Shown: in pieces, positions 11,238 to 21,178 of the stretch
How the letters are laid out: the number at the start of each line of letters is the position of its first letter
Numbering within the stretch: position 1 is the stretch's first letter
From: Cyanidioschyzon merolae
Taxonomy: Eukaryota
DNA length: 64,000 bases
Reading direction: 5' to 3' (one strand)
Assembly: GCA_000091205.1 (NCBI GenBank)
Contig: AP006494.2
Notes under the pieces: generated by a model
Told to the model about the DNA's origin: nothing
Database searches by the model: none
What the model saw: the letters and a program-made list of their open reading frames with translations, nothing else
Program-made: the position numbers and the translations under genes

Positions 11238-12884
11238 GTGTTCTTAAAGTACTCTCACGGGCTTTTGCATACCATCCCCGACCGTGCTAGTCCTTGCTTT
11301 ATCATGGTACAGCTCTTCTCACTGGCAGGCTTTATCATTACGTTTCGCGAGATCCTCGAGGCCTGCATCGTGGTTTCGATCTGTCTGGCATACCTGCGGC
11401 GCACCAAGAATGAGCGCTACCTCAGAGACGTCTGGCTGGGCGTTGCAGCCGGCGTCGGTGTGCTCATCGTCATTGGAATCGCATTCGGCATCGTTTTCTG
11501 GACGCGCGGCCAGAAGCTGTATACGGGTCTCACTGAGCTGCTCTTCGAGGCCATTGTCCGACTGGTGGCGGTAGTGCTCATCACGTGGATGATCTTCTGG
11601 ATGCTCAGCACGGCCGCGCACATGCGCCGCGACCTCGAGGGCGGGATAGCGCGGGCGCTGTCGAGGCGCGGCCGATGGGGCGTTGCGCTGCTCGTCTTCA
11701 CGTCCGTGCTGCGTGAGGGCGTCGAGCTCATCGTATTCCTGTTCGGAATCACGGGCGGTGTCTCGTGGAGCTCGATTCCCATCGCCGCAGCCGTCGGCGT
11801 GGCCGTTGCGCTGGTCGTTGCCTGGGCAATCTACCGCGGGGCGCTCGCCTTCGATCTGCGCCTCTTCTTCGCGCTGTCGTCGCTGCTGCTGATCGCATTC
11901 GCTGCGGGCTTCCTGTCGACGGCCTTCCTGGACCTCCAGAAAGCGAACCTGTTCGGGGCATTCACGCGCAACGGCAACGAGGACGAGTCGATTCCATCCA
12001 CGGAGCGGCCGTGGTGGAATGCCGCGCTCTGGTCCACCGAGGCCTGCTGCGCGGACGACGGGAACGAGTTCTTCAACCTGCTGCACGAGCTCTTCGGATA
12101 CGTGGATGCGCCGACCTTCGTCTCCACTGTCGTCTACTTCGGTTACTGGACCCTGGCTGGCGTGCTCTGGATCATCGTTGAGCGACGAACCCTGGAGCGC
12201 AAACTCTGCCAAATGCACACCGGGTACCTCGTATCGACTGCGTTCCTGGCGGTAGCTGCCATGGTGGGGCTCGTCGTCGCCGCTCGCAGCCCGACATGGA
12301 ACGGCATCCTGGTGACGTGCCTGACTCAGGTGCTGGCGATCATCGGTGTAGGTGCCGCCAGCGCGCCCCATGCAGCGCTACCGCCGCGTGCGCGTTTCGC
12401 CCTCCAGGGCTCCTGCTGGATAGGCCTCGTGCTGGTAGCGTGCCTGGCGCTGGCGCTGCAGGTTGCACAGGCGATCTGCTCGCCGCAGATTGGCGCGTCT
12501 CAGTACTGCTCTATCCCCGATTTCTACTATTGGTTCGTCATCTTCTCCCCGGACTGGATCGCAAAGACACGGGACGATAACAGCTTCCACGCGCTCGCGG
12601 TGCTTACCGTGTCGATATGCTTCACGATGCTGTTCTGCCTCGGACAGGGCCTGGTCGGCTTCTACGAGTGGAAGCGTTCGGCGCTGGCGATGCAGCGTGC
12701 TGGACAAGCGCCAGCGGCTCTCGCCAAAGAGGCGAATACATCGTCGGATCTGGAAGGCGGGAAATCCACGCCGCTCGATGACTCCTCGATCGATGAGCTT
12801 ACCTGGGAAGCGCTCGATTCGACGCAGCCTCCGCAGCACGCGTCGCAGATCGAGATCTCGGCGAGACGGATGCTGGCGGATTGA
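11238..12884 (+). CDS. FTR1: FTR1-family high-affinity iron permease. The true start is probably the Met at 11304 (MVQLFSLAGF...).
   Basis: Two RExxE iron-binding motifs ('REILEA' in TM1 and 'REGVEL' in TM4) in a multi-TM protein, forming one long ORF. Confidence 0.75.
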   Translation: MFLKYSHGLLHTIPDRASPCFIMVQLFSLAGFIITFREILEACIVVSICLAYLRRTKNERYLRDVWLGVAAGVGVLIVIGIAFGIVFWTRGQKLYTGLTELLFEAIVRLVAVVLITWMIFWMLSTAAHMRRDLEGGIARALSRRGRWGVALLVFTSVLREGVELIVFLFGITGGVSWSSIPIAAAVGVAVALVVAWAIYRGALAFDLRLFFALSSLLLIAFAAGFLSTAFLDLQKANLFGAFTRNGNEDESIPSTERPWWNAALWSTEACCADDGNEFFNLLHELFGYVDAPTFVSTVVYFGYWTLAGVLWIIVERRTLERKLCQMHTGYLVSTAFLAVAAMVGLVVAARSPTWNGILVTCLTQVLAIIGVGAASAPHAALPPRARFALQGSCWIGLVLVACLALALQVAQAICSPQIGASQYCSIPDFYYWFVIFSPDWIAKTRDDNSFHALAVLTVSICFTMLFCLGQGLVGFYEWKRSALAMQRAGQAPAALAKEANTSSDLEGGKSTPLDDSSIDELTWEALDSTQPPQHASQIEISARRMLAD

Positions 12885-13549
12885 ATCAGGGCGCAGCGCG
12901 GCACCAGGTCACCGCCGACGACTAGGCGGTACTCATAACAGCGAGCGCAATCCATGTGCAACGCGACGTATCGCACTTGCCGATTCAAAGAGAATGACAG
13001 CGCCTGTGGTTACCCGTCGCGGAGCCGTTCGCATGGTGATAGCGTCGGCATCACCTGACACCCACTCCGTGGCGCTATGGTGCTTTGCCAAGAACGCGCC
13101 CCTGGTTGCCACAGCGTTGCGTACCAGCGAATGGATCATGCGTCGAGCGCTGCTCTGGTGCGATCATAGACAAGTTCACGTCGAATACTTTGCGCACCGC
13201 TGTACCGCATACCGATGACTCGTCTAGCATGCACTGCTACCGTACAGTAAAGAACGCTCGTGCAATGCGTATCCCGTTTCTCGCTATCCTGAAAGACAAC
13301 GGCTCCTCGAGCACACAATATCTCAGCATGCAGGAGTCGAGACGCTCTCATCAAGCAGCGCAGCGGCTCCAGCGCCCTGCACGATTGCCCGACGAAACGC
13401 CTGGGGCGCGCCCCGATCAAATACCCGAGACACGCCATGCGCGGGAAACCTGGGGCAGTACTGTTTCGCCTGCAAGTAGGAGGGTGCACTCAAGTGATAT
13501 CCAGAACTTCCCGCAGCCTGGACACGAGTGCCAACAGGTCGCTTCAAGT

Positions 13550-14464
13550 ATGCCAGACGAGAGCGCTCAAGTTCGTTTTCTGATAGTCGGACGCACCGGT
13601 TGGATCGCCAACATGGTTGCAGAGCTACTTGAGCAGCGCGGTGAGCGGTACGCGTTTGCGAGCTTCCGTCTCGAGCAGCGCGAGGCCTGTGAGCGCGAAC
13701 TGGACGCGCTGTGCCCACAGCGGGTCCTGAACTGTGCTGGGGTCACTGGGCGTCCGAACGTCGACTGGTGCGAGGACCACCGGCGCGAGACCGTCCGCAG
13801 TAACGTACTGGGCGTGCTGAACCTGGCGGACTGCTGCGCGTCGCGCGGGATCCACCTCACCAACTTTGCTACCGGCTGTCTATACCACTACGACGACGGC
13901 GAGCACCGGCCGACGGCTGAGGGCGGCAGGCCCTTCACGGAGGACGATCCGCCGAACTTTTTCGGTAGCTACTACAGTCGCACCAAGGCCATGGTGGAGG
14001 AGCTGCTGCGCAGCGCTTTTGACAATGTGCTCATCCTGCGACTGCGCATGCCCGTGAGCGACGACCTGTCGCCGCGCAGCTTTGTCACGAAAATCGCACG
14101 CTACGAAAAGGTTGTGAATATCCCCAACAGCATGACGGTTTTGACGGAGCTGCTGCCAGTGGCACTGGATATGAGCGAGCGCGGCCTTACGGGCGTGTAC
14201 AACTTTACCAATCCGGGTAGCATCTCGCATAACGAGGTCCTGGAGCTTTACAGAAAATATATCGATCCAAAGTTCCAATGGAAGAACTTTACGCTCGAGG
14301 AGCAGGCAAAAATCCTCAAGGCCGGCCGCTCCAACTGCGAGCTCGACGTCCGCAAACTGCTGCGGGACAATCCCGGTGCCCAGATCCGCGAGGTCCACGC
14401 CGCCATGGAGGAGGTCTTTCGGCGCATGCAGGCGAAGGGTGTCAAGCCGCTGGTGGCGCCCTAG
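13550..14464 (+). CDS. UDP-4-keto-6-deoxy-D-glucose 3,5-epimerase/4-reductase (NRS/ER-type, second step of UDP-L-rhamnose synthesis), 305 aa
   Basis: Near-colinear match to plant NRS/ER: 'FLIVGRTGWIANMV', 'NCAGVTGRPNVDWCEDH', 'YSRTKAMVEELL', 'FVTKIARYEKVVNIPNSMTVLTELLP', 'KNFTLEEQAKIL'. The ORF extends 5' to 13085, but the homology starts at Met 13550. Confidence 0.85.
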   Translation: MPDESAQVRFLIVGRTGWIANMVAELLEQRGERYAFASFRLEQREACERELDALCPQRVLNCAGVTGRPNVDWCEDHRRETVRSNVLGVLNLADCCASRGIHLTNFATGCLYHYDDGEHRPTAEGGRPFTEDDPPNFFGSYYSRTKAMVEELLRSAFDNVLILRLRMPVSDDLSPRSFVTKIARYEKVVNIPNSMTVLTELLPVALDMSERGLTGVYNFTNPGSISHNEVLELYRKYIDPKFQWKNFTLEEQAKILKAGRSNCELDVRKLLRDNPGAQIREVHAAMEEVFRRMQAKGVKPLVAP

Positions 14465-15675
14465 TATAGCACCGCAGGTGGCGTACTTTGCGGCAAAACG
14501 GTTACGCACCGAGTGACGGGTCGATGGCGTGCGCTCCCAGGGACGACTCGCTTTGCGTGCAGGGAAGCGACTGCGACTGCAGGCGCGCTAGCACAATCCT
14601 GTACTGGGCGAAAGGAACGGAAGCGTCATTGGCACCAGGGCACTTACTGCCGTGTAAGGCACCTTTCGACGCGGACCTCAAGGCTGACTGCGAGGCGTTC
14701 TGGAAAGACTTGCTCCGATAGGCTAGCTCCGCTGTGGCATCCGCTACAGGCGAAATCGGATACCGGGATGATCCAACTGCAGCGCCCTTCTAATAGTGAT
14801 CCGTGTAAATGACGCAAGCCTCTGAAGAGAGTGCATCAAAGTGGCGCAGGCATTTGTTCCTGGCGTTCATGTGTGCCTTCGAATGCAGCATCCAGGGGCC
14901 TGCAGGCATTGGCTGGACGACTGCCTGCTAGCAGCGGTCAGGATTACAGGGATCCAAGGGACTCGATACGTGCATACGTGCATTACTGCATTCGTGCATG
15001 CTTCCATACGTAAAAACGTGTGAATGCTGGTGAGCACTGCGCGAATATGTGCACGCGCGCACGCTGCAGCATGGGAACACAGCGTTCTCGCCACGCTCTG
15101 GCTGGGATGTCTGAGCGACGGGAACGTGCTGTCGATGCTGCCACATAAGCAGAGTCCGTCAAGGCCGACACGCTCGAGACAGCGCTCATGAATTGCATAG
15201 TGGAGCGGATTCACGTGCGCGAACACAGGAACGAACACACAAACAAGTCCTAGTGGCAAGGCGAGTTTCAACAGATCCCCGAAAGCGCCCACACTCCGTA
15301 CCTGCCAGCAACATCACTGTCGGTCGCTATCGCGCTGCTGCCCACAGCGCGAATGATGCACACATATCTCCTTGGATTCATGCCGCCAGCCTCTGTGTTG
15401 ATCCTTCTGCCCTACACCATGATGGAAGCGCGCGATCCACAGAGTGCGCGCGCAATCGCCGCCCGTCGCATCAGCGATGCGTGCGCGGTGGCGACGCTGC
15501 TGCCGCCATCATCGGTCGCATACCTGGGACACGTGTCTCGCTAGAGATGGATCCTGTTGAAACAGAAACGCGCGCTACGATCGTGGCGTTTACCGTCTGT
15601 GCAGGCAGAGCTCGGAAGTAGCCGGTGCGTGTGGTTGTGTGCGTCCGAGTCGAAAGGCGCACGTTGGCAAGATAA

Positions 15676-16806
15676 ATGTCCTCGCAGAGCACGGCGCTTT
15701 CGAACGGTGCCAAGTCGGTAACCGGTGGACAGCCCGACGGGAACTCGGACGCGCGGGTCGTCTACGGCGACCGTCTGCGCTTCGTGCCGCGGAATATCCT
15801 TGTGACTGGCGGTGCCGGCTTTATTGCCTCGCACGTTGTCGAACGGCTCGTGAGTCGATATCCCCATTACCGCGTGACGGTACTGGACAAGCTCGACTAC
15901 TGCTCGTCGCTGAGCAACCTCGCGCAGGTGGCAAACCGACCAAACTTCAAGTTTATTCGCGGCGATATCCGCTCGCATGACCTGGTGCTCTACGTGCTCC
16001 AGGAGGAGTGCATCGATACAGTGCTCCACTTTGCGGCGTGCACGCACGTCGATAACTCGTTCACGTCCTCGATCCTGTTTACGGAGAACAACGTGCTGGG
16101 AACGCACGTTCTCCTGGAGTGCGCACGCCAGTACGGCAAAGTGCGGCGCTTCATTCACGTCAGCACCGATGAGGTGTACGGCGGCGAGAGCAACATGGAG
16201 ACAGAGTCATCGATCCTGGCACCCACGAACCCGTACGCATGTAGCAAGGCCGCCGCCGAATTCATTTGCCGCGGCTACGTCAAGTCGTTCGGATTGCCGG
16301 TGATCATCACACGCGGCAACAACGTGTACGGGCCGCACCAGTTCCCCGACAAGCTCATTCCCAAGAGTATCTGTCTGCTGGCGCAACGCCGGCCCTGCTT
16401 TGTACACGGCTCTGGTGAGCATGCACGCAACTTTTTGTACGTCGAGGACGCGGCGAGCGCCTTTGACACCATCCTGCATTGTGGCGAGACCGATGAGGTC
16501 TACAATGTAGGCTCTGAGATCGAGAAACGCAACATTGACGTTGTGCACGACATTATCGATCTCTTCGGCCTGTCTGCCGAGGCGAACCGCCACATCGAGT
16601 TTGTCAAAGATCGCACCCTCAACGATATGCGCTACAGGATCGACTCGTCGAAGCTGCATGCGCTTGGCTGGAGGCCGCAGGTGTCCTGGGAAGAGGGCCT
16701 GCGCCGAACCAAGACCTGGTACTGCGATCCGAATAACCTGAAGCGCTGGCCGAATTATCTCAGTGGCCTCGTACCGCATCCGAGTCTCACCGAGGAGAAG
16801 CACTAG
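15676..16806 (+). CDS. UDP-glucose 4,6-dehydratase (RHM N-terminal-domain type, first step of UDP-L-rhamnose synthesis), 376 aa
   Basis: 'NILVTGGAGFIASHV...VLDKLDYCSSLSNL...NFKFIRGDI...HFAACTHVDNSF...NNVLGTHVLLE...RFIHVSTDEVYG' and the YxxxK segment 'YACSKAAAEF'. Very close to plant RHM/UG4,6-Dh. Confidence 0.85.
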   Translation: MSSQSTALSNGAKSVTGGQPDGNSDARVVYGDRLRFVPRNILVTGGAGFIASHVVERLVSRYPHYRVTVLDKLDYCSSLSNLAQVANRPNFKFIRGDIRSHDLVLYVLQEECIDTVLHFAACTHVDNSFTSSILFTENNVLGTHVLLECARQYGKVRRFIHVSTDEVYGGESNMETESSILAPTNPYACSKAAAEFICRGYVKSFGLPVIITRGNNVYGPHQFPDKLIPKSICLLAQRRPCFVHGSGEHARNFLYVEDAASAFDTILHCGETDEVYNVGSEIEKRNIDVVHDIIDLFGLSAEANRHIEFVKDRTLNDMRYRIDSSKLHALGWRPQVSWEEGLRRTKTWYCDPNNLKRWPNYLSGLVPHPSLTEEKH

Positions 16807-18281
16807 GACGGCATTCATCGCGTACGCACTGTGCATGCGGCAGGCGAGATTTCGAGCGACACTGCCGCTGGTCTGTGCATCACAGACGGCGATCCGCAGA
16901 GCAGCGTGGCATAGGATCGCCAGCGGATGCGCCTTTTGTACATGTATGACGGTTACAAGCGTGTCTCAGGTGCGCCTTTCTCGACAAGTCTGTAATACGA
17001 GGCGCTTTCGTGTCGCCTGCAACACAGGACGCATCTGAAGCGATGCGCACCGACGAAAGCGCGCATACTCTATCGACCGAGGGTCGTGGGCTTGCGACCT
17101 CATGATCTTGTGCCGGTTGCAGAGCGTATGTTACAACACACGACAGCAGCAGGGCAGTTGACGCAGCACAGGTTCGCGCGCGGCAGGTACAGCGAGCTCT
17201 GGGCGGCCTCGGTTGCACCGATACGCTCTGCGCTTGACGCGCTTCTGTTGCATAAACGTGTACTGAGGCTGTGCTCCAATAACCTGCAAGACGCCTATGT
17301 CCCATGCCACGCGGTTTGCAGAGGTATGCTTTCGTCGAGTTTGCGTCTGGAAGCGCGTTGTTACGGGTGCGGCGGGTGAAGCGTTCCGCGTCAAGAACTA
17401 GCCGCACACCGGCACGCTGTGCTGTGTCAGAGCCGTCACCAGCGTCACCGTCCAGTGGCGACCAGCCGACCCAGACAGTGCGTGTACGACCTGATGAGCG
17501 GCCGCTGCGGCTGAATGCGCTACAGCGCTGGATGCTCGGCCGACTGAGGCGAAGCCTCGAGCGTCTCTCCCCCGGCAACGTGCCCAACCTGCTTAGGAGC
17601 GCCGTCGCGCGGGCGCGTGGTGCCCCCGCGGATCCACCGCCCTTGGACGATGACTACCTCGCTCGGACCATGAGATTTTATTTGAACGCTCAGTCACGTT
17701 GCTTGCCCTTCAACGCTGAGAACGAAAGGCAGGAATTCCGAGTTTCAGCTCCGTTCTCGTCTTTTGCATGACCCGCTAATTATCACACCAAGAAATCGAC
17801 TCCCTCGCGAAAAGAATGCGGCTAAACTGCGACTTCACAACCGCCATGACACCGGCAAAAAGAGCATTCATGGGTTTGGCATACTACCACATCTTCATGC
17901 ATTATACACGACGGAAATGAAGAATTCAGAAATAAAGCCTTCGAGGCAGCATTTTATGAATCGTTTACAAATCTCGAGATACTGAACGTGCATCAAGCAT
18001 TCTCTGCAAAACACGTCACTCCTCTGAGTGGCTATTTTCCCAAGTGCATTCTCTGTTCATAAGTATACCACAAGCTTTGAAAACATGTGCATCTGATAGT
18101 GATGCCGCTCACCTATTTCAGAGAAAAATTACACACAACCATATTACCAACAATACCCCTTATCAGAACATGCAGTTCGCTTTCGATCCTTCACGAAGCA
18201 TGTGCACTTGATGCACCTTTCAGCTCGTCGACGACAAATATCAAAGTCTGCTGCATTCGAAAACCTCTCTGAAAGGATTTT

Positions 18282-20591
18282 TCATAACCCATTCGAGGGC
18301 TGCGGTGGCTTGGGGTCCTCAGATGCGTTTGTGGCTGCTGCGGCGGCAGCGGTCAGGTCGTCGAGAAACGCCTCGGGCGAGAGCATCTCGGTTGTTCCGT
18401 AGATAATCTGGCGATCGTCGTGGATGCGAGTGGTGAGATTCTCCCACTCAATAAAATTGCCACCTCCGACCATAAAAACGATCGCTTCGGTAAACGATCC
18501 ACGCGGCAGGGATGAGGCTTTGTTTGTGCAGTGCCCGTCTCGTGCAGCAAGTGGATCCAGCAGTAATGAGGCTGCACGTTCTGCAGCTGCACCTGGGTGC
18601 TCATGTTCCGCGCCCCGCGAGGCCGAATCCAAGTCATCGTCGGGCGAGGCGTTCCGCATCCACGAGTCGACAATACTGGCAACGATTCCGCTCCGCGTCG
18701 TGGGAATCAGGCCCTTCACGGTGCTCGCCAGCTGCGTCAGGCCTTTGTGGCCGTGCTCATAGATTCGAGTGACCAGCGACTCGAAGATTTCCCTGCCTCC
18801 ACCTGTCGCTGTCGTGAGGCGATCGATCATGCGGCTGCTGCTTTTGCGTGCCGGCGACGGACTGTTGCCGTCCCTGTGCGTTGCAGCGGGGTCGAGCTGG
18901 CGCGGTGTCGCTGCGCGCTGGCGCATCACGTAGCTCAGAGCGCTCGTCTGACAGCCACAGATATCGAGTACATGACGGTATTCTGCGAGCTTGGTCTGCG
19001 GAATTCCTGACGGCGAGAGGATCTGGTACATAAGCAGCAGCCGCAGGCAGTCGCGGGCTCGCTGACTCAACGACGAGGCGTCCGCGGAGGCCGTACTGGA
19101 ATGCGGTTTCGCTAGAAGATCGGCTTCCCCAATGAATCGGTCTAGCGAGTTCGATTGCACACTCGAAGGCCTTTCCAGCAGTGAATCCTCGAGCTGAAAC
19201 AACAGGTCCAACTTCCGTGCCTTGATCTGCTCCAACAGTGCGGATGCGATGTTCGTATGCATATCGAGCTGCCGCTTCCATCGAGTTAGTCGCGGAAGCT
19301 CGGCGACGGCGTCAGCAATCTCCCGAGTGCTTGTGCCGGTTGCCTGCATATAGGCCTCGAGCTGCGTCTCGTCTGCCGTCTCCGCGAGCAGCTTCTGGAC
19401 ATTGCTGCCTCCGCCAGTCCGTGCATTGATCTCCTGAACCTGCGCACGGTACGCTGTCAACGCTGTTTCGATATGCTCCGCCACTTGCGGGAACGGCAAC
19501 GAAGCATTTTCGGCCCAGAACGGATCGGCCTCGTCATCGAGGTCGTACTGCGTCCGCTCTGTGCCGGGCTTGGTTGCCGGCATGCTGACTCGGCTCAGCT
19601 CGAATGGCAAGAGCTCGTGGATTAGCGCCTCATAGGTCCATCCGTGGTGCAGCATGATGGCCAGGTCGACGTCACGGTCGAGCAGCGCCAGCAGCGGCCT
19701 TCGCAGTGGCGGCAGGCCGGCTTCACTGTGTTCGCGGAACAACGCCGCCCCGCCTGGCGTATGCATATACTCCCAGATTTTGGCGCACAGTTGCAGTGCG
19801 ACTCGCTCCGATGCGCCGCGTCGCAGGCAACGTATATACGGCACACATCTTAGGGTCACGCAAACAGCAAATAAACTATCCACAATAGTCGCGATCGTTT
19901 CCTGAATCGCCTGCTCATCGGCCTGTGCACTGAACAGACGCTGGAAAGAGCGCCGCGCTATGCTTGGCGGCATGCTGAAGAGGTTGCGCTTCAGACAAAC
20001 AAAGCCGCAGTACAGGTCCACGACGCGAGTAACGGACTCGATGCGCCGAGCTCGAGCCAGCGCCTCGGCCAGACGCTCAAGCTCGTCGCGGCTGATAGCC
20101 GAAAGAAAATATATACTGCAGTGTGCGTATCGATCCGCAGCACAGTCTCGGACAATCGTCTGAATATTCTCGTGATTCGGCTGGATCAGGTAGACAGCTG
20201 GGACCTCGGGTATGACTTGGCGCGAGCTCTCTAAGTTCAGGTGTAACGTAACGCCGCACGTTCGTAGTGTTGGCACCTTCAGCACAGGAGCAAGCACCTC
20301 GCGCGCCGTTTGGTCGATGACGAGCACCTTCCAAAAGTCTCTGTACACGTCTTCCGCGTCCAAGTCGTCTACGGTCGCCGCGGCAGCATCGTAACCGGGG
20401 TTCAGTTGTCCATGCAGTGCACCGTTGGCAGCGCTGTGTCCGGTAGCGGCCTCAGCGCCGCGGAGCGGGTTACTGAGCGCCTCGCAGAGAACAGCTTTCT
20501 GCCGATCCCGCAACGAGAACCACGTTTTCGCCAATGATTTGAGCTGCGTGGCGAGGTCCGAGTGACGACTCGGCTCTGCTCGCGTTAGCAT
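18282..20591 (-). CDS. Sec1/Munc18-family vesicle-fusion regulator, SLY1/SCFD1-like. The ORF extends to 20921, but homology begins near Met 20591.
   Basis: 'WKVLVIDQTAREVLAPVLKVPTLRTCGVTLHLNLES...VPAVYLIQP' Sec1-family N-terminal domain signature, plus 'DPFWAENASLPFPQVAEHIE' downstream. Confidence 0.6.
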   Translation of the reverse strand: MLTRAEPSRHSDLATQLKSLAKTWFSLRDRQKAVLCEALSNPLRGAEAATGHSAANGALHGQLNPGYDAAAATVDDLDAEDVYRDFWKVLVIDQTAREVLAPVLKVPTLRTCGVTLHLNLESSRQVIPEVPAVYLIQPNHENIQTIVRDCAADRYAHCSIYFLSAISRDELERLAEALARARRIESVTRVVDLYCGFVCLKRNLFSMPPSIARRSFQRLFSAQADEQAIQETIATIVDSLFAVCVTLRCVPYIRCLRRGASERVALQLCAKIWEYMHTPGGAALFREHSEAGLPPLRRPLLALLDRDVDLAIMLHHGWTYEALIHELLPFELSRVSMPATKPGTERTQYDLDDEADPFWAENASLPFPQVAEHIETALTAYRAQVQEINARTGGGSNVQKLLAETADETQLEAYMQATGTSTREIADAVAELPRLTRWKRQLDMHTNIASALLEQIKARKLDLLFQLEDSLLERPSSVQSNSLDRFIGEADLLAKPHSSTASADASSLSQRARDCLRLLLMYQILSPSGIPQTKLAEYRHVLDICGCQTSALSYVMRQRAATPRQLDPAATHRDGNSPSPARKSSSRMIDRLTTATGGGREIFESLVTRIYEHGHKGLTQLASTVKGLIPTTRSGIVASIVDSWMRNASPDDDLDSASRGAEHEHPGAAAERAASLLLDPLAARDGHCTNKASSLPRGSFTEAIVFMVGGGNFIEWENLTTRIHDDRQIIYGTTEMLSPEAFLDDLTAAAAAATNASEDPKPPQPSNGL

Positions 20592-21178
20592 CGTGGCCTT
20601 TTGAGGTTGACTACCAGCAGGTAGCAGGCAAGGAGGCAGCCGCCTGCCGTCAACGCCTCCATGAGTCTGTGCGTACGCTGGGATTGCTGCGGCGGCGATC
20701 CCGCCACAGTCGAGAGCACCTGCTGCTCTCGGGAGCGACTCGACGTTCACGAGCAACAGGAAAGAAGCAGTCATCAGCGATATGATATATAGGACCTTGA
20801 CAGCAGAGGAGCAATAAATATGAGCAGGCTTCTCGGTCTGTCTGGTCCCTGTCATCCATATATGGTGCTCCCGTAATGAATGAAGAGCGAGCAATCTGAA
20901 CCGACTTTTTAGCATGTTCAATCTCTTTCAATCATATAATGTGCTCCTATGGCGGATAGAGACCGTCCAATCTCATGAAACTTCTTTCGACGATCCGCTC
21001 CTGTCTGCAATGCAACGTGCTTGCCAAGGATCCGTTCTCGGGTGGTGCTTGTCGATCATTTGCACCGTATCGCGTACGAGACTCCATCCATCGAGGCCTG
21101 GACTTGCAGCACAGCTACATGAGCACATAGATACACGTCCATTGTCGAGGCTCAACTGCGGTTCGGTTCCGTCTCTGA

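Noticed and set aside
13085-13549. 5' 155-codon extension of the NRS/ER ORF and the 110-codon extension of the Sec1-family ORF (20592-20921)
   Set aside because: There is no homology in the extensions. Homology to the full-length family begins at internal Met codons, and the extensions have non-coding composition.
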